A stretch of DNA of 64,000 nt from an uncultured Lachnospiraceae bacterium (GCA_945833775.1 CAMAGI010000003.1:1334-65333); one strand, 5' to 3'. Shown: positions 36,670-46,528, counted from the stretch's first letter. Numbers and translations: made by a program. The notes: generated by a model from the sequence alone, not told the origin.

Positions 36670-37353
36670 ATGAAGTATGAAATCAAGGGCGGCAGTTTCC
36701 CGGTTGTGATCTGCACCCTGGAAAACGGGGAGAAGATGATCACTGAAAAGGGATCCATGGCTTGGATGAGCCCCAATATGCAGATGGAAACCCACGGCGG
36801 CGGTTTGGGAAAAATGTTCTCCAAGGCCTTCTCCGGAGAGAGTATGTTCCAGAACCACTACACCGCCCGGGGCGGCCCCGGCCTGATTGCCTTTACATCC
36901 AGCTTTCCCGGCGAGATCCGGGCGGTGGAAATCGCCCCCGGCCGGGAGATGATTGTTCAGAAAACCGCGTTTCTGGCTTCGGAAGCGGGGGTGAACCTCA
37001 GCATCCATTTCCAGAAGCGGCTGGGTGCCGGACTCTTTGGCGGCGAGGGCTTCATCATGCAGCGGCTTTCCGGGCGTGGCACGGCCTTCGTGGAGATCGA
37101 CGGTGACCTCATGGAATACGAGCTGAAACCCGGTCAGAAAATCATCGTGGACACCGGCAATGTGGCAGGCTTCGAGCCGACGGTCCAGATGGACATTCAG
37201 ACCGTCCCCGGCGCGAAGAATATGCTCTTCGGCGGTGAGGGGATCTTCAACACGGTCCTCACCGGTCCCGGCCGGGTATGGCTGCAAACCATGCCCATCT
37301 ACAATGTCGCCAATGCCATCCGTCCCTATATCCCCACCGGCGGGAACAATTGA
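36670..37353 (+). CDS. TIGR00266/AIM24 family protein
   Basis: EKGSMAWMS, FSGESMF, FGGEGF repeats, TGPGRVWLQTMP. Confidence 0.9.
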   Translation: MKYEIKGGSFPVVICTLENGEKMITEKGSMAWMSPNMQMETHGGGLGKMFSKAFSGESMFQNHYTARGGPGLIAFTSSFPGEIRAVEIAPGREMIVQKTAFLASEAGVNLSIHFQKRLGAGLFGGEGFIMQRLSGRGTAFVEIDGDLMEYELKPGQKIIVDTGNVAGFEPTVQMDIQTVPGAKNMLFGGEGIFNTVLTGPGRVWLQTMPIYNVANAIRPYIPTGGNN

Positions 37354-37357
37354 TGCC

Positions 37358-37525
37358 ATGGAAGCTGTAGAGAAACAGGAGATCCCCTCTGTGTGGGTGG
37401 ACTGGGAAAATCGCGTCATTTCCTTTTCCAGTGCGGAAGGCTTTGAAGAACTTCGCTTTTCGACCAATCAGGAGAAATTCCAATTTGTCTTCGCAAAAGG
37501 AACAGATGGATTTGGAATTCAGTGA
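37358..37525 (+). CDS. Small hypothetical protein
   Basis: Fills the gap between co-oriented genes; VWVDWENRVISF. Confidence 0.45.
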   Translation: MEAVEKQEIPSVWVDWENRVISFSSAEGFEELRFSTNQEKFQFVFAKGTDGFGIQ

Positions 37526-37548
37526 AGGACTGGGAGGTGTACAGAAGC

Positions 37549-38481
37549 ATGTACGATAACACTTTGACTGCGCTTCAGCAGAAAGTTGCAAGAAAAAAAC
37601 AACTGGAAGCAAAGCTGAGTGAACTGCATAGCCAGAGAAGACAATACGACAACGAGGTGATCTCCCTGCGTGTGTCACTGCGCAAAGAGCAGGAGGACGT
37701 TGAAAAACTGGAGAGCGGAAGTCTCGCCAACTATTTCTATCAGGTCATTGGGAAACTGGATGACAAGCTGGATCAGGAGCGCAAAGAAGCCTATGCAGCT
37801 AAGGTCAAGCTGGACGCAGCAGAGCGGGAGCTTGCCGGCATCGATCAGGACATCCAGGAAATCCAGAGGGAACTTGCGGACATCCGAATGGCTGAGGTCC
37901 AATATCAGGGAGAATTGGAAAAGAAGCGGGCAGAGCTGAAAGCTTCCGGCACACAGGTTGGAAATCGGATCATCGAAATTGAGGAACAAATTACGGATTT
38001 GGAAGCACAGAGAAAAGAGATCGAGGAAGCCATCTCTGCCGGTATCAGTGCCAGAGGAACTGCCGACCGCATTCTTTCTGAGCTGAATGATGCCGACGGG
38101 TGGAATACCTGGGATCTCATCGGCGGCGGTGGCATCATCACCCACATGGCGAAACACAGTCATCTGGATGAGGCACAGAATCTGGTTTCCGAACTTCAGG
38201 GGAAACTCAGACGCTTCAAAACGGAACTGGCGGATATCCAGATCAGTGCCAATATGCAGGTAAACATCGATGGGTTTCTGCGGTTTGCGGATTACTTCTT
38301 CGACGGCCTGTTTGCAGACTGGGCCGTTGGTGACCGAATCAGTCAGTCCCAATCCTCGGTGTCCGATACCAAGAACCAGATCAACCGGATGCTGGATAAG
38401 CTCAGAAGCATGGAATCCGCTGCAGATACGCAGATCGCAGATTTGAAAGCCGAGAGAGAACAGCTCATTGTCAATGGTTGA
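37549..38481 (+). CDS. Coiled-coil hypothetical protein
   Basis: RBS GGGAGGTG; heptad-rich; TWDLIGGG and FADYFFDGLFADW motifs. Confidence 0.8.
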   Translation: MYDNTLTALQQKVARKKQLEAKLSELHSQRRQYDNEVISLRVSLRKEQEDVEKLESGSLANYFYQVIGKLDDKLDQERKEAYAAKVKLDAAERELAGIDQDIQEIQRELADIRMAEVQYQGELEKKRAELKASGTQVGNRIIEIEEQITDLEAQRKEIEEAISAGISARGTADRILSELNDADGWNTWDLIGGGGIITHMAKHSHLDEAQNLVSELQGKLRRFKTELADIQISANMQVNIDGFLRFADYFFDGLFADWAVGDRISQSQSSVSDTKNQINRMLDKLRSMESAADTQIADLKAEREQLIVNG

Positions 38482-38508
38482 CGAGACGATCCGGAAGGGG
38501 ATTGCGAT

Positions 38509-38733
38509 ATGAAAACAACGAAGATTTGCCCCAAGTGCCGCAGCAATGACATCGTCCGCATCGATGGATATACGGGCGGTTATGGTGCTGGAAATAATGT
38601 GATGGTCGGAATATCGGTCTTTTCGGCAGTGAATGTGAACCGCTATATCTGCTGCCGGTGCGGCTTTACGGAAGAATGGATCGACCTTGAGGATCTGGAC
38701 AAGGTCAAGAACAGCAAAAAGGCGAAAATATAG
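38509..38733 (+). CDS. Small zinc-ribbon protein
   Basis: CPKC...CCRCGFTEEW. Confidence 0.7.
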   Translation: MKTTKICPKCRSNDIVRIDGYTGGYGAGNNVMVGISVFSAVNVNRYICCRCGFTEEWIDLEDLDKVKNSKKAKI

Positions 38734-38737
38734 GGGA

Positions 38738-38766
38738 ACATCCGGGACTGCTGCAGTCCCGGATGT
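38738..38766 (+). terminator. Hairpin, probable terminator
   Basis: ACATCCGGGACTG / CAGTCCCGGATGT. Confidence 0.65.
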
Positions 38767-38874
38767 CATATTATCAAAAAAAGGTTTTCCTATTTTGTAG
38801 CTTTTACAAATCGGGAATATCGCTATTTCCTTTGATGCGGTTTCTAAAATTCACAGAGTCTTGGATACTTCACA

Positions 38875-38903
38875 TTGACGTGGCAGCTAAACTTACATAT
38901 AAT
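38875..38903 (+). promoter_or_regulatory. sigmaA promoter
   Basis: TTGACG-N17-TATAAT. Confidence 0.75.
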
Positions 38904-38936
38904 AGTATTAGAATTTGACTATCGGGAGGTAGCCTT

Positions 38937-38975
38937 ATGAATATCAAACCCTCTGCTGCCATCCGGAAGAACTAT
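38937..38975 (+). pseudogene. First 13 codons of a Phd/YefM antitoxin, interrupted
   Basis: RBS GGGAGGT; MNIKPSAAIRKNY aligns with IRPSKDIRTNY of the intact antitoxin at 19006, then continues as low-complexity sequence. Confidence 0.65.
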
Positions 38976-39147
38976 AAAGTAATTCGTCTGATTTCGACTG
39001 TGGGCAGCGTGACAAAAGCGGGAAAAAAAGGAAACAAAAAAGGGAACAAATAGCGAATCAGGATGTGTTATAATTGTAGCGTCAAAAGGTGGGCTTGCAA
39101 AAAGCCTGCTTTTTTTGTTACCACAATTTGGGAAGGAGTATTGAAAA

Positions 39148-39513
39148 ATGAAGAAGTGTCCCCGCTGTGGTGCCGATCTATCTGACGGCACCACTTCTTT
39201 TTGCCCGGTCTGCGGGAAAGAAACAGAGAATTGTGAGGACTGCATCAAAGTCTCACAGTCCAAAAAGAAAGAACCGAAGAAGAAAAGGAACAAATCCCAA
39301 AGGAAGCAGGAATCGAAAACCGAGGACATCCCCGAAGTAATGGGAGAACCCGTGGATGACGGCTACGATGGCTATTACGATGATGTGCTGCCACCGGATC
39401 AGGACCGAATCAGCGAAGGGTTGGATAAGAAACTGATTAAGAATATCGTAACCCTTGGAATCGGCTTTGTCGTGATCGTAGGCCTTTGCATTGCTCTTTT
39501 ATGTGTACTTTAA
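39148..39513 (+). CDS. Zinc-ribbon protein with C-terminal TM helix
   Basis: CPRC...CPVC; DDGYDGYYDD; hydrophobic C-terminus; RBS AAGGAG. Confidence 0.75.
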   Translation: MKKCPRCGADLSDGTTSFCPVCGKETENCEDCIKVSQSKKKEPKKKRNKSQRKQESKTEDIPEVMGEPVDDGYDGYYDDVLPPDQDRISEGLDKKLIKNIVTLGIGFVVIVGLCIALLCVL

Positions 39514-39515
39514 CT

Positions 39516-39544
39516 TTGCATTTTTCCGGTCCGCAGGGTGTAAT
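39516..39544 (+). promoter_or_regulatory. Element-type promoter motif, copy 1
   Basis: TTGCAT-N17-TGTAAT, 31 bp before the ATG at 39576. Confidence 0.5.
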
Positions 39545-39575
39545 TACAGTAAATCCCAAAAATGAGGTGTTGACT

Positions 39576-40136
39576 ATGAAATATATCTCCGTTGGTACTG
39601 TAAACAAGCCTTCTACTGAGCACATCGTTTATGTATCCCATTACGGCTACGAATATACCCTGACAGGTGACCTTGCTTCTGTATGGCTGGATGGCAGGTT
39701 TGGCTTTGATAAAACATCGGATGCGTTCCGGGATAAAGCTCTGTACCAGTTGGAACGCATGGGTCTTGTATTTCTAACAGAGAACACACCGGCAGGGGAG
39801 TATCGTACCCTCACCAGAGTAAAACTGGTTCCGGTAAAATCAAAAAAGCCCTATCAGGGATTAACGGGAGAGGAAAAGAACGCTCTGATTTGGATCACGG
39901 AATCCGGTCTGATCCTGTCCATGGCCGAGCTGGTTTACCTGATTGAACATGACATTCATCCGGAGCTTCAGTACCTGGGGCAAGAAAATATCCAGAATCT
40001 GGTAGAACGGATCTATACCACAGATACGATCTTTGATAATATCCTTGAAAATCAGATGGAACACGCCGTCAGCAGGGATACCGTTGTCAGAATCGTGCTG
40101 AAGCTTCTGAAGAAAAAACGCATTGTCCTGCTTTAA
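39576..40136 (+). CDS. Hypothetical protein
   Basis: RBS GAGGTG; ORF of 186 aa. Confidence 0.7.
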   Translation: MKYISVGTVNKPSTEHIVYVSHYGYEYTLTGDLASVWLDGRFGFDKTSDAFRDKALYQLERMGLVFLTENTPAGEYRTLTRVKLVPVKSKKPYQGLTGEEKNALIWITESGLILSMAELVYLIEHDIHPELQYLGQENIQNLVERIYTTDTIFDNILENQMEHAVSRDTVVRIVLKLLKKKRIVLL

Positions 40137-40151
40137 AATGAGGTATATACT

Positions 40152-40619
40152 ATGCTCGATAAATTCAAATCATTTCCCGGTCTTCTTCAGAAACAGATTT
40201 TGCTTTATTTGTCGTGCTGTGCGATCGGTCTGGCCACGATCATCATTCTCCTGGTCTTTGCCGGCCGCTGGCAGTTGCTTTTCCCTTCTGTGGTGATAAC
40301 CGCATATTTTCTGCTCGGGGCATACAATCTTTTCTTACGTTGTGTGGAGGGCAGATACCTTGAAATACATGGTGTCTGCAAGCTGATCGAACGATCAGCA
40401 ATCCGAAAACGCATCAAAGCACTACATATAGAAGCAGAAGGTCATTCTATCAAGATCATCCCCCACCAGGGTACGGGAACTGTCAGAGAAGGGGACTGCC
40501 TGATCCTTTATCTGGCGGATACCGCCTCGGTATATGAGGTGGACAACGAACTGGTATTGTGTGATGTCATCGCATACGGAAAGGACAAGGCGACAAATGG
40601 AAGCAAAAGAAGTATATGA
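40152..40619 (+). CDS. Membrane protein (two TM helices plus beta-rich tail)
   Basis: RBS GAGGT; two hydrophobic segments. Confidence 0.7.
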   Translation: MLDKFKSFPGLLQKQILLYLSCCAIGLATIIILLVFAGRWQLLFPSVVITAYFLLGAYNLFLRCVEGRYLEIHGVCKLIERSAIRKRIKALHIEAEGHSIKIIPHQGTGTVREGDCLILYLADTASVYEVDNELVLCDVIAYGKDKATNGSKRSI

Positions 40620-40779
40620 CTGGCTGGAAAAAATCCGCGCATTGGTTCATGCAGCAGAATTACCTGACGGAACGCTTGTCGCAGACAGCATCAAAATCGA
40701 AATTGCACTTGAATTCTGTGAAACCCAGATTCGTCAGGCTATTGCCGTGGGACCGATTGATACCGGGAGTTTGGATTGA
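40597..40779 (+). CDS. Small hypothetical protein
   Basis: MEAKEVYDWLEKIRAL; overlaps the upstream gene end. Confidence 0.45.
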   Translation: MEAKEVYDWLEKIRALVHAAELPDGTLVADSIKIEIALEFCETQIRQAIAVGPIDTGSLD

Positions 40780-40804
40780 CTAAAGAAGAAAAATATGGTA
40801 TACT
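40776..40804 (+). promoter_or_regulatory. sigmaA promoter with extended -10
   Basis: TTGACT-N17-TATACT with TGn. Confidence 0.8.
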
Positions 40805-40810
40805 ATCAAC

Positions 40811-40901
40811 GTAGTATCAGAGTTTCACCCAGCGTGAAGCGTTAGTTTATCCGATTTTATGAAGTGTCATTTGCCCATTTGGGGTGAATGGCACTTTTTT
40901 T
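40811..40901 (+). ncRNA. Candidate ~90-nt structured RNA or attenuator leader, copy 1
   Basis: Promoter, 7-bp hairpin, conserved linker, 15-bp terminator and U-tract; near-identical copy at 49026. Confidence 0.65.
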
Positions 40902-40984
40902 GTTTCCCGGTTTCTGCCTGCGCAGTGCAGGTTGAAATATATATTATTATGGTTGCAGGCAGAACCTGCAGGAAGGAGTCATTT

Positions 40985-41470
40985 ATGTTAAAGTTTTTCG
41001 CCAGCGAGGTCACCGTTTCTAAAGGTGCGAATAATGCACCTGCTCTGAAGTTTTCCGATAAGGGCGACTTTGTTCGCTTTCGCATCGGCGCCAAGGTGTA
41101 TGACACCAGAGCAGAAAAGAATCACAGATGGGTCAACCTGACAGTAAAGGCCTTCGGCCCTCTGTGCGAGCGGATCCGCAAGATGGATCTGAAAGAAGGT
41201 TCTCACATCAACCTGTCCGGCCGCTATGACGAGGACGTATGGGAAGATGAGCAGACAAAATCGAAGAAGAGTATGCCTGTTATTATCCTGGAAGAAATCG
41301 AGTTTTGTTTCAGCGGCAGCAGCAAGAACTCTGGAGACGGACAGAAAGCAACCGCCGGCTCTCAGAACCCTGCCGGGAACGATGCTGCTCCCGCTGCTGA
41401 CAATGGGATGCCCAACGGCTTCACCGGTTACCAGGCCTATGGCGGGAATAATTCTTTCTTCAATATGTAA
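40985..41470 (+). CDS. ssb: Single-stranded DNA-binding protein (OB-fold)
   Basis: WVNLTVKAFG...LKEGSHINLSGRYDEDVWED...EEIEF; flexible tail ending NSFFNM. Confidence 0.75.
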   Translation: MLKFFASEVTVSKGANNAPALKFSDKGDFVRFRIGAKVYDTRAEKNHRWVNLTVKAFGPLCERIRKMDLKEGSHINLSGRYDEDVWEDEQTKSKKSMPVIILEEIEFCFSGSSKNSGDGQKATAGSQNPAGNDAAPAADNGMPNGFTGYQAYGGNNSFFNM

Positions 41471-41503
41471 GGAGGTATGCTGGTAAATTGAATCACAGCG
41501 CAT

Positions 41504-41549
41504 AAAACGCACAAGGGTTACCTGAGTAAGGTCTCTTGTGCGTTTTTTT
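41504..41549 (+). terminator. Intrinsic terminator
   Basis: AAAACGCACAAG...CTTGTGCGTTTTTTT. Confidence 0.75.
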
Positions 41550-41570
41550 GCGCCCCAAAAGGAGAAACGT

Positions 41571-42362
41571 ATGAAAGACAGAGATAACGAACGTCATTAT
41601 GCTTATGAAGCCATGGTCATTATGGGGCTTCTTGCTTTGCTTCTGTATATCACGCGCCTGTGGCCAATCCTGCTGCTGGTGATTCTCGGAATCTTCATTG
41701 CGGCGCTGCGCCTTCTGTTCTTATCATCCAAAAGGATTGAGCCTTTGGAACCGCTTCCTGCTCTGCCGGAACCACAAAAGCTAAAAGAACCATCGGAGCA
41801 GGATATGCAGAACATGGCCTATTTTCTGATACAAAAGCGTATCACGGAAATATTGCTCAGCAGGTTTCCGGATTGCAGATGGATCTGGGAAAACGCGTAT
41901 GCAAAAGAGGATATTCAAAAAGGCAATAAGGTATATGTCTTATTGAATAAAGCCGGTGGTTACCGGAAAGGTCTTGTTGTCATTCAGAATTACCATGTGT
42001 GCGATATCATCTTTGAACCAGAAAAGGATACGCAAACCCTGTCTGAAGCCACTTCCAATTCAGTTCTGCCACATCAAAAAACAGGTGACCAGATTCCTGA
42101 CGAATCCATCGATGATGTTGAGAGCGATGATATTCCGGAAGATTACGGACTTCTTGCCTTTCAATGGGTCGATGCACACATCATTGAGCTGAATGAGCGG
42201 ATCAATGAAGCCATTGGTCAGCGAAAAACGGATATCCTGATCACGGCAGAGGAACTTCCCGTTCAGGCGAGCTGGATGGAGATATGCCAAGAGCTGGAAA
42301 GAAATGATCTGACCGGCGCATCCTGCCGCGATGATGGTATCTTAATCGAATTTGAGCAATAA
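41571..42362 (+). CDS. Membrane-anchored hypothetical protein
   Basis: RBS AAAGGAG; two N-terminal TM helices. Confidence 0.7.
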   Translation: MKDRDNERHYAYEAMVIMGLLALLLYITRLWPILLLVILGIFIAALRLLFLSSKRIEPLEPLPALPEPQKLKEPSEQDMQNMAYFLIQKRITEILLSRFPDCRWIWENAYAKEDIQKGNKVYVLLNKAGGYRKGLVVIQNYHVCDIIFEPEKDTQTLSEATSNSVLPHQKTGDQIPDESIDDVESDDIPEDYGLLAFQWVDAHIIELNERINEAIGQRKTDILITAEELPVQASWMEICQELERNDLTGASCRDDGILIEFEQ

Positions 42363-42383
42363 AAAAGAGAAAGGGAATGAATC

Positions 42384-44258
42384 ATGAGCGTTGCAATCAA
42401 TAACCTCATCAATTTTTCACGGGCGCTTCCGTCACCTATGGACACACTGCCCAGCAAAAAGGTCAAAGTATCGTCCAAGTATGGATCCGGCACAGAGGCC
42501 ACGCTGAGCGCCACCGTGATCAAAGCGGTGAACGCTGTATGTGACTGCATGACCGGAACCGGAGAAGGTGCAGTTGGTGTCATCGATCACCGAATGGTCG
42601 CCGAATACAAGTCTTCGTCCGGCCCGGATGCATACCATCTGGTAGTATATGACAGTGTCACAGGCAGCATCGTTGCCAGCGGCTATGACAAGAATACAGA
42701 GATGATCGAGACCTACCGGCTGCATCAGACAGCCAATGACGGTGCCGCTGTCCTTATGGCCATGATGCCGGCGCTAATGGCTGACCAGGAGTTTGAGGAT
42801 AACTTTGCCCTGTACTTCGATCAACGTAAAGCCGGATATCCTGACATGAATAAAGCTGTCGAGTACATGGCAATCCTATGTGACAATGCATACCGGCGCA
42901 TCAAAGATGAAACGTGTCCCGCAAATGTAAAAGCCAAGGTTGAGAAGTCCGGCAATGTGCTTCGGGTCTCCCAGACACAACTGGACTCCGGTGCCTATAC
43001 GCCCACCAACGTTATGGCGGGAGAATTCACGATCTTTGCAAAAACGAACCGGGTTACCGTCAGCGCGGCAACAGCCGAGATCCCGCATTCTGATTTCGAA
43101 GGGAAATACCAGCTGACGCCCGGAAGAAAGCTTTCGTTTCTGGAAGAAAGTCTGGTTCCCAAACTGGATTCCTGGTACATCATCCCGGAGCAGGTGGTCA
43201 ATATCTGCCGTCATGCCCAGGTCACAACGGGAAAGTCCATGCAGATGCGGAACTTCCTGATGCGAGGCCCAGCCGGCACCGGCAAAACGCAGGGTGCCCG
43301 GGCGATCGCTGCCGGGTTGCACTTGCCGTACATGAAATACACCTGCTCTGCGTCCACCGAGGTATTTGATTTCGTAGGCATGGTTTTCCCGAAGACGGAT
43401 ACCATGAGCACCGGAGATGCACAATTGGATAAGGAGCGGGAGATGGTCATGGCCATGGGCGGTATCAACTACGCCAATGTGGCAAAAATCATGAACCTCC
43501 CGGACCTTGAAGATATGGATTTCGATCCTTGCGGCGTCTTCCAGAGCCTTACAGGCATTACCAATGAGGAAGCTACTTCCCGGGATTGTATGGCAGTTGT
43601 CATGGATATGGTTGCCGAAAAAATCAAGCAGCTGAGCAAGCCCGCGGAAGGGGAGAAGTCCTCCGGCCAAACCTACACTTATGTGGAAACGGATTTCATC
43701 AAGGCTCTGAAGAACGGATATCTCATAGAAATTCAGGAGCCCACGGTCATTACCCAACCTGGTGTTTTGGTTGGCCTGAATTCTCTTTTGGAGCAGAGCG
43801 GTTCCATTACACTGCCCACAGGGGAGATCATCCAGCGCCATCCGGATACGGTTGTAGTCGTGACGACCAATGTGACTTACGAAGGCTGCCGTGGATTAAA
43901 CCAGTCTGTCGTCGATAGAATGAGTCTGGTGGAGGACATCGATCTCCCCAGTCCCGAAGTCATGACCCAGCGTGCCATGGCAATCACCGGCGCCACCGAT
44001 GAGTACCAGGTATCCCAAATGGTGCAGGTTGTCAATGACATGGCTGAGTATATGCGCAAGAACGGCATTACGGACGGTACCTGCGGTATGAGAAGCCTGA
44101 TCGACTGGATTGTCAGCGCAGAGATTACAGGCGATGTCTATAAATCCGCCCTGAGTACGGTAATCAGCAAAGCCACCCCTGACGAAGAGGACAGGGAAGC
44201 ATTGAAAACCACCATTCTGGAGCCAATTTTCACGCCCAAGCGCCGTAAGGTCTCCTGA
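42384..44258 (+). CDS. AAA+ ATPase (MoxR/CbbQ/CobS-like) with long N-terminal extension
   Basis: Walker A GPAGTGKT; variant Walker B LIEIQE; VVTTN sensor 1; LNQSVVDR arginine finger; GMRSL. Confidence 0.85.
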   Translation: MSVAINNLINFSRALPSPMDTLPSKKVKVSSKYGSGTEATLSATVIKAVNAVCDCMTGTGEGAVGVIDHRMVAEYKSSSGPDAYHLVVYDSVTGSIVASGYDKNTEMIETYRLHQTANDGAAVLMAMMPALMADQEFEDNFALYFDQRKAGYPDMNKAVEYMAILCDNAYRRIKDETCPANVKAKVEKSGNVLRVSQTQLDSGAYTPTNVMAGEFTIFAKTNRVTVSAATAEIPHSDFEGKYQLTPGRKLSFLEESLVPKLDSWYIIPEQVVNICRHAQVTTGKSMQMRNFLMRGPAGTGKTQGARAIAAGLHLPYMKYTCSASTEVFDFVGMVFPKTDTMSTGDAQLDKEREMVMAMGGINYANVAKIMNLPDLEDMDFDPCGVFQSLTGITNEEATSRDCMAVVMDMVAEKIKQLSKPAEGEKSSGQTYTYVETDFIKALKNGYLIEIQEPTVITQPGVLVGLNSLLEQSGSITLPTGEIIQRHPDTVVVVTTNVTYEGCRGLNQSVVDRMSLVEDIDLPSPEVMTQRAMAITGATDEYQVSQMVQVVNDMAEYMRKNGITDGTCGMRSLIDWIVSAEITGDVYKSALSTVISKATPDEEDREALKTTILEPIFTPKRRKVS

Positions 44259-44275
44259 GAACGGGAGGTATCACA

Positions 44276-46528
44276 ATGGCAAGAGTCAATCACAAGCGGG
44301 TCAAGCAGTTGATGAATGAAAAACAAAGTAAGATTACAGACCGGCAGTTCTTTACATCCCGGATCCTGGCAGGTCATTTTGAGGATGTTGCGGCAGCGCA
44401 GACCAAGCGATACAAGTATAACCGTCGTGTCCATGTCCAAATCTATTGGGATCCAAAGGACAATAATGGGGCCTGCACAAACAATACATATATCCGAATC
44501 AACGCAGGTCATCCGTCGGTCACCAAAATCCGGGGCCGAATGAATCGCTACGAGATGATCTGCGGACTGTTTTCCCATGAACTGGGGCACGTCCTCTATA
44601 CTGATTTTCTGGCGAAACAGACCTACATGAATTTTCTGACTTCTTACAAGTTCTATCCTGCGCCACCCGTATTAACAACAGCGCAGGATGCCCGCAACGA
44701 AAAGGACTTTTGGGAATATGTCAAAGCAGATCCCAGGAATATGGCCTTCGCCCAACAAATTGCATTCTTTATTGCGAATGTCCTGGAAGATGGCTATATC
44801 GAAAACAGGATCCTGTCCCAATTTCCAGGCGTACTTGGATATAACCTTTCTGTCATGCGTGAGCACCAGTTTAAGGATATGTCCACGGTAACACAGCTGA
44901 TCGAATCGGAAGATGATGGCTCCGGCCACATCTTCCAATCGATCCTGCAGATCATTTTGTCCTATGCACTGTTCGGTGAGATCAAATATGGTGAAACGCC
45001 TTTATCCGATATCCGGATTCAGACTGTCTTCAAGCTGATCCCGCAGATCGATGATGCCGTGACAACCACCTCAGCGAAAGACCGCTGGCAGATTGTCAGT
45101 CTGATTCTCATCCGTCTGTGGCACCACATAGAAGATTACATCGAGGTTTGCAGGCAGCATCAGGACGAAGCAGCTTCCTCCGGAGCTGGCGGCAGTGCAG
45201 AAGAGATTCTGTCCGGCCTGCTCCAGGCATTGTCCGGTTCCAGCGCCCAGGGTGAAGGTACCGGTACACCTGTTGCAGGTGCAGATAAGGATTCCGCTCC
45301 GGCCGCAAACGCAGGAAAGCGTGAAAAAACGAAATCTGATGCCAAAGCATCAGAAAACGAGTCTGGGGAAGGCTCTGAGAGTTCGCAGACTGATTCTGAC
45401 GAAAAACAGTCAGAGGAAACCGGATTTGAATCTGGTCTGCCGCCGGATTCAAGTGACGGCAGCAGTTCCAGCAAGCAGTCCACCTCTTCCGAGGAAGGCA
45501 GACGCATCCCGTATCATCAGACGGACAGTGCTTCCGAGCCTGTAGGCGGTGAAACAGAGTACGACGAGGATTATAAGCGGGAGCAAAGTGATCGGGCAGC
45601 TGCTGACATCGAACGGATGCTGGAACAGATGGCCGAAAAAGCAGCCTGCAAGCAGCTGGAAAATGAACGTATTCAAGAGCTGAACGAGGCTGCCCAAAGC
45701 ATCTCTTACGGCAATATCCATAATGGTGTCAGCATCTGCGTCCATCGGATTGCGGATGTAGATGAAGAGCTTCAGGACCAGTATCATCAGATTTCTGGAC
45801 CGCTGCTTACCATTTCCAAGCAGCTGCAGAGGAGCCTGATTCAGAAGCTCAAGGATCAGCAGCGAGGCGGAAAGCAGACCGGTCTTGTAATGGGCCGCCG
45901 TCTGGATGCGCACGCGCTGTGCCGTAATGACGGGAAAGTCTTCTACAAGAACAATCTGCCCAACGAGATCCCACGGATATCTGTAGGATTGCTTTTGGAC
46001 GAGTCCGGCTCCATGAGCTGCGGCGACCGGTGTACATATGCCCGTGCTGCTGCGATCATTCTCTACGATTTCTGTCAGGCGATGAATATCCCCATCATGG
46101 TCTATGGACATTCCACGAGCTGGAGCAATGGCGTGGATCTATATTCCTATGCGGAATTTGATGCCATTGATAAGAATGACAAATACAGAATGATGGATAT
46201 CAGTGCCCGAGGCAGTAACCGGGACGGTGCTGCTTTGCGATTTGTCGCTGAGCAGCTGTCCAAAAGGGATGAGGAAGTTCGTATCCTCATACTCGTTTCT
46301 GACGGCCAACCCGCAGACACGGGTTACAGCGGCACCGCGGCAGAAGAAGATCTCCGTGGTATCAAGCAGGAATACAAGCGCAAGGGGCTGTTGTTTGTGG
46401 CAGCTGCAATCGGTGACGATAAGCAGAACATTGAACGCATCTATGGAGATTCCTTCCTGGATATCACCGATCTGAATCAGCTTCCCATGAAGCTGACCAA
46501 CGTGATCAAACGGTTTATGCGCTTCTGA
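44276..46528 (+). CDS. vWA-domain protein (CobT-like) with N-terminal HExxH domain
   Basis: HELGH...NVLEDGYIE; Ser/acidic linker; GRRLD; MIDAS LLLDESGSM; SDGQP. Confidence 0.85.
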   Translation: MARVNHKRVKQLMNEKQSKITDRQFFTSRILAGHFEDVAAAQTKRYKYNRRVHVQIYWDPKDNNGACTNNTYIRINAGHPSVTKIRGRMNRYEMICGLFSHELGHVLYTDFLAKQTYMNFLTSYKFYPAPPVLTTAQDARNEKDFWEYVKADPRNMAFAQQIAFFIANVLEDGYIENRILSQFPGVLGYNLSVMREHQFKDMSTVTQLIESEDDGSGHIFQSILQIILSYALFGEIKYGETPLSDIRIQTVFKLIPQIDDAVTTTSAKDRWQIVSLILIRLWHHIEDYIEVCRQHQDEAASSGAGGSAEEILSGLLQALSGSSAQGEGTGTPVAGADKDSAPAANAGKREKTKSDAKASENESGEGSESSQTDSDEKQSEETGFESGLPPDSSDGSSSSKQSTSSEEGRRIPYHQTDSASEPVGGETEYDEDYKREQSDRAAADIERMLEQMAEKAACKQLENERIQELNEAAQSISYGNIHNGVSICVHRIADVDEELQDQYHQISGPLLTISKQLQRSLIQKLKDQQRGGKQTGLVMGRRLDAHALCRNDGKVFYKNNLPNEIPRISVGLLLDESGSMSCGDRCTYARAAAIILYDFCQAMNIPIMVYGHSTSWSNGVDLYSYAEFDAIDKNDKYRMMDISARGSNRDGAALRFVAEQLSKRDEEVRILILVSDGQPADTGYSGTAAEEDLRGIKQEYKRKGLLFVAAAIGDDKQNIERIYGDSFLDITDLNQLPMKLTNVIKRFMRF

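Noticed and set aside
37675-38769. 364-aa minus-strand ORF
   Set aside because: Antisense shadow of two plus-strand genes that have RBSs and family motifs.
42384-46528. Cobalamin cobaltochelatase cobS/cobT
   Set aside because: No cobN or other cob genes, mobile-element context and an atypical Walker B.
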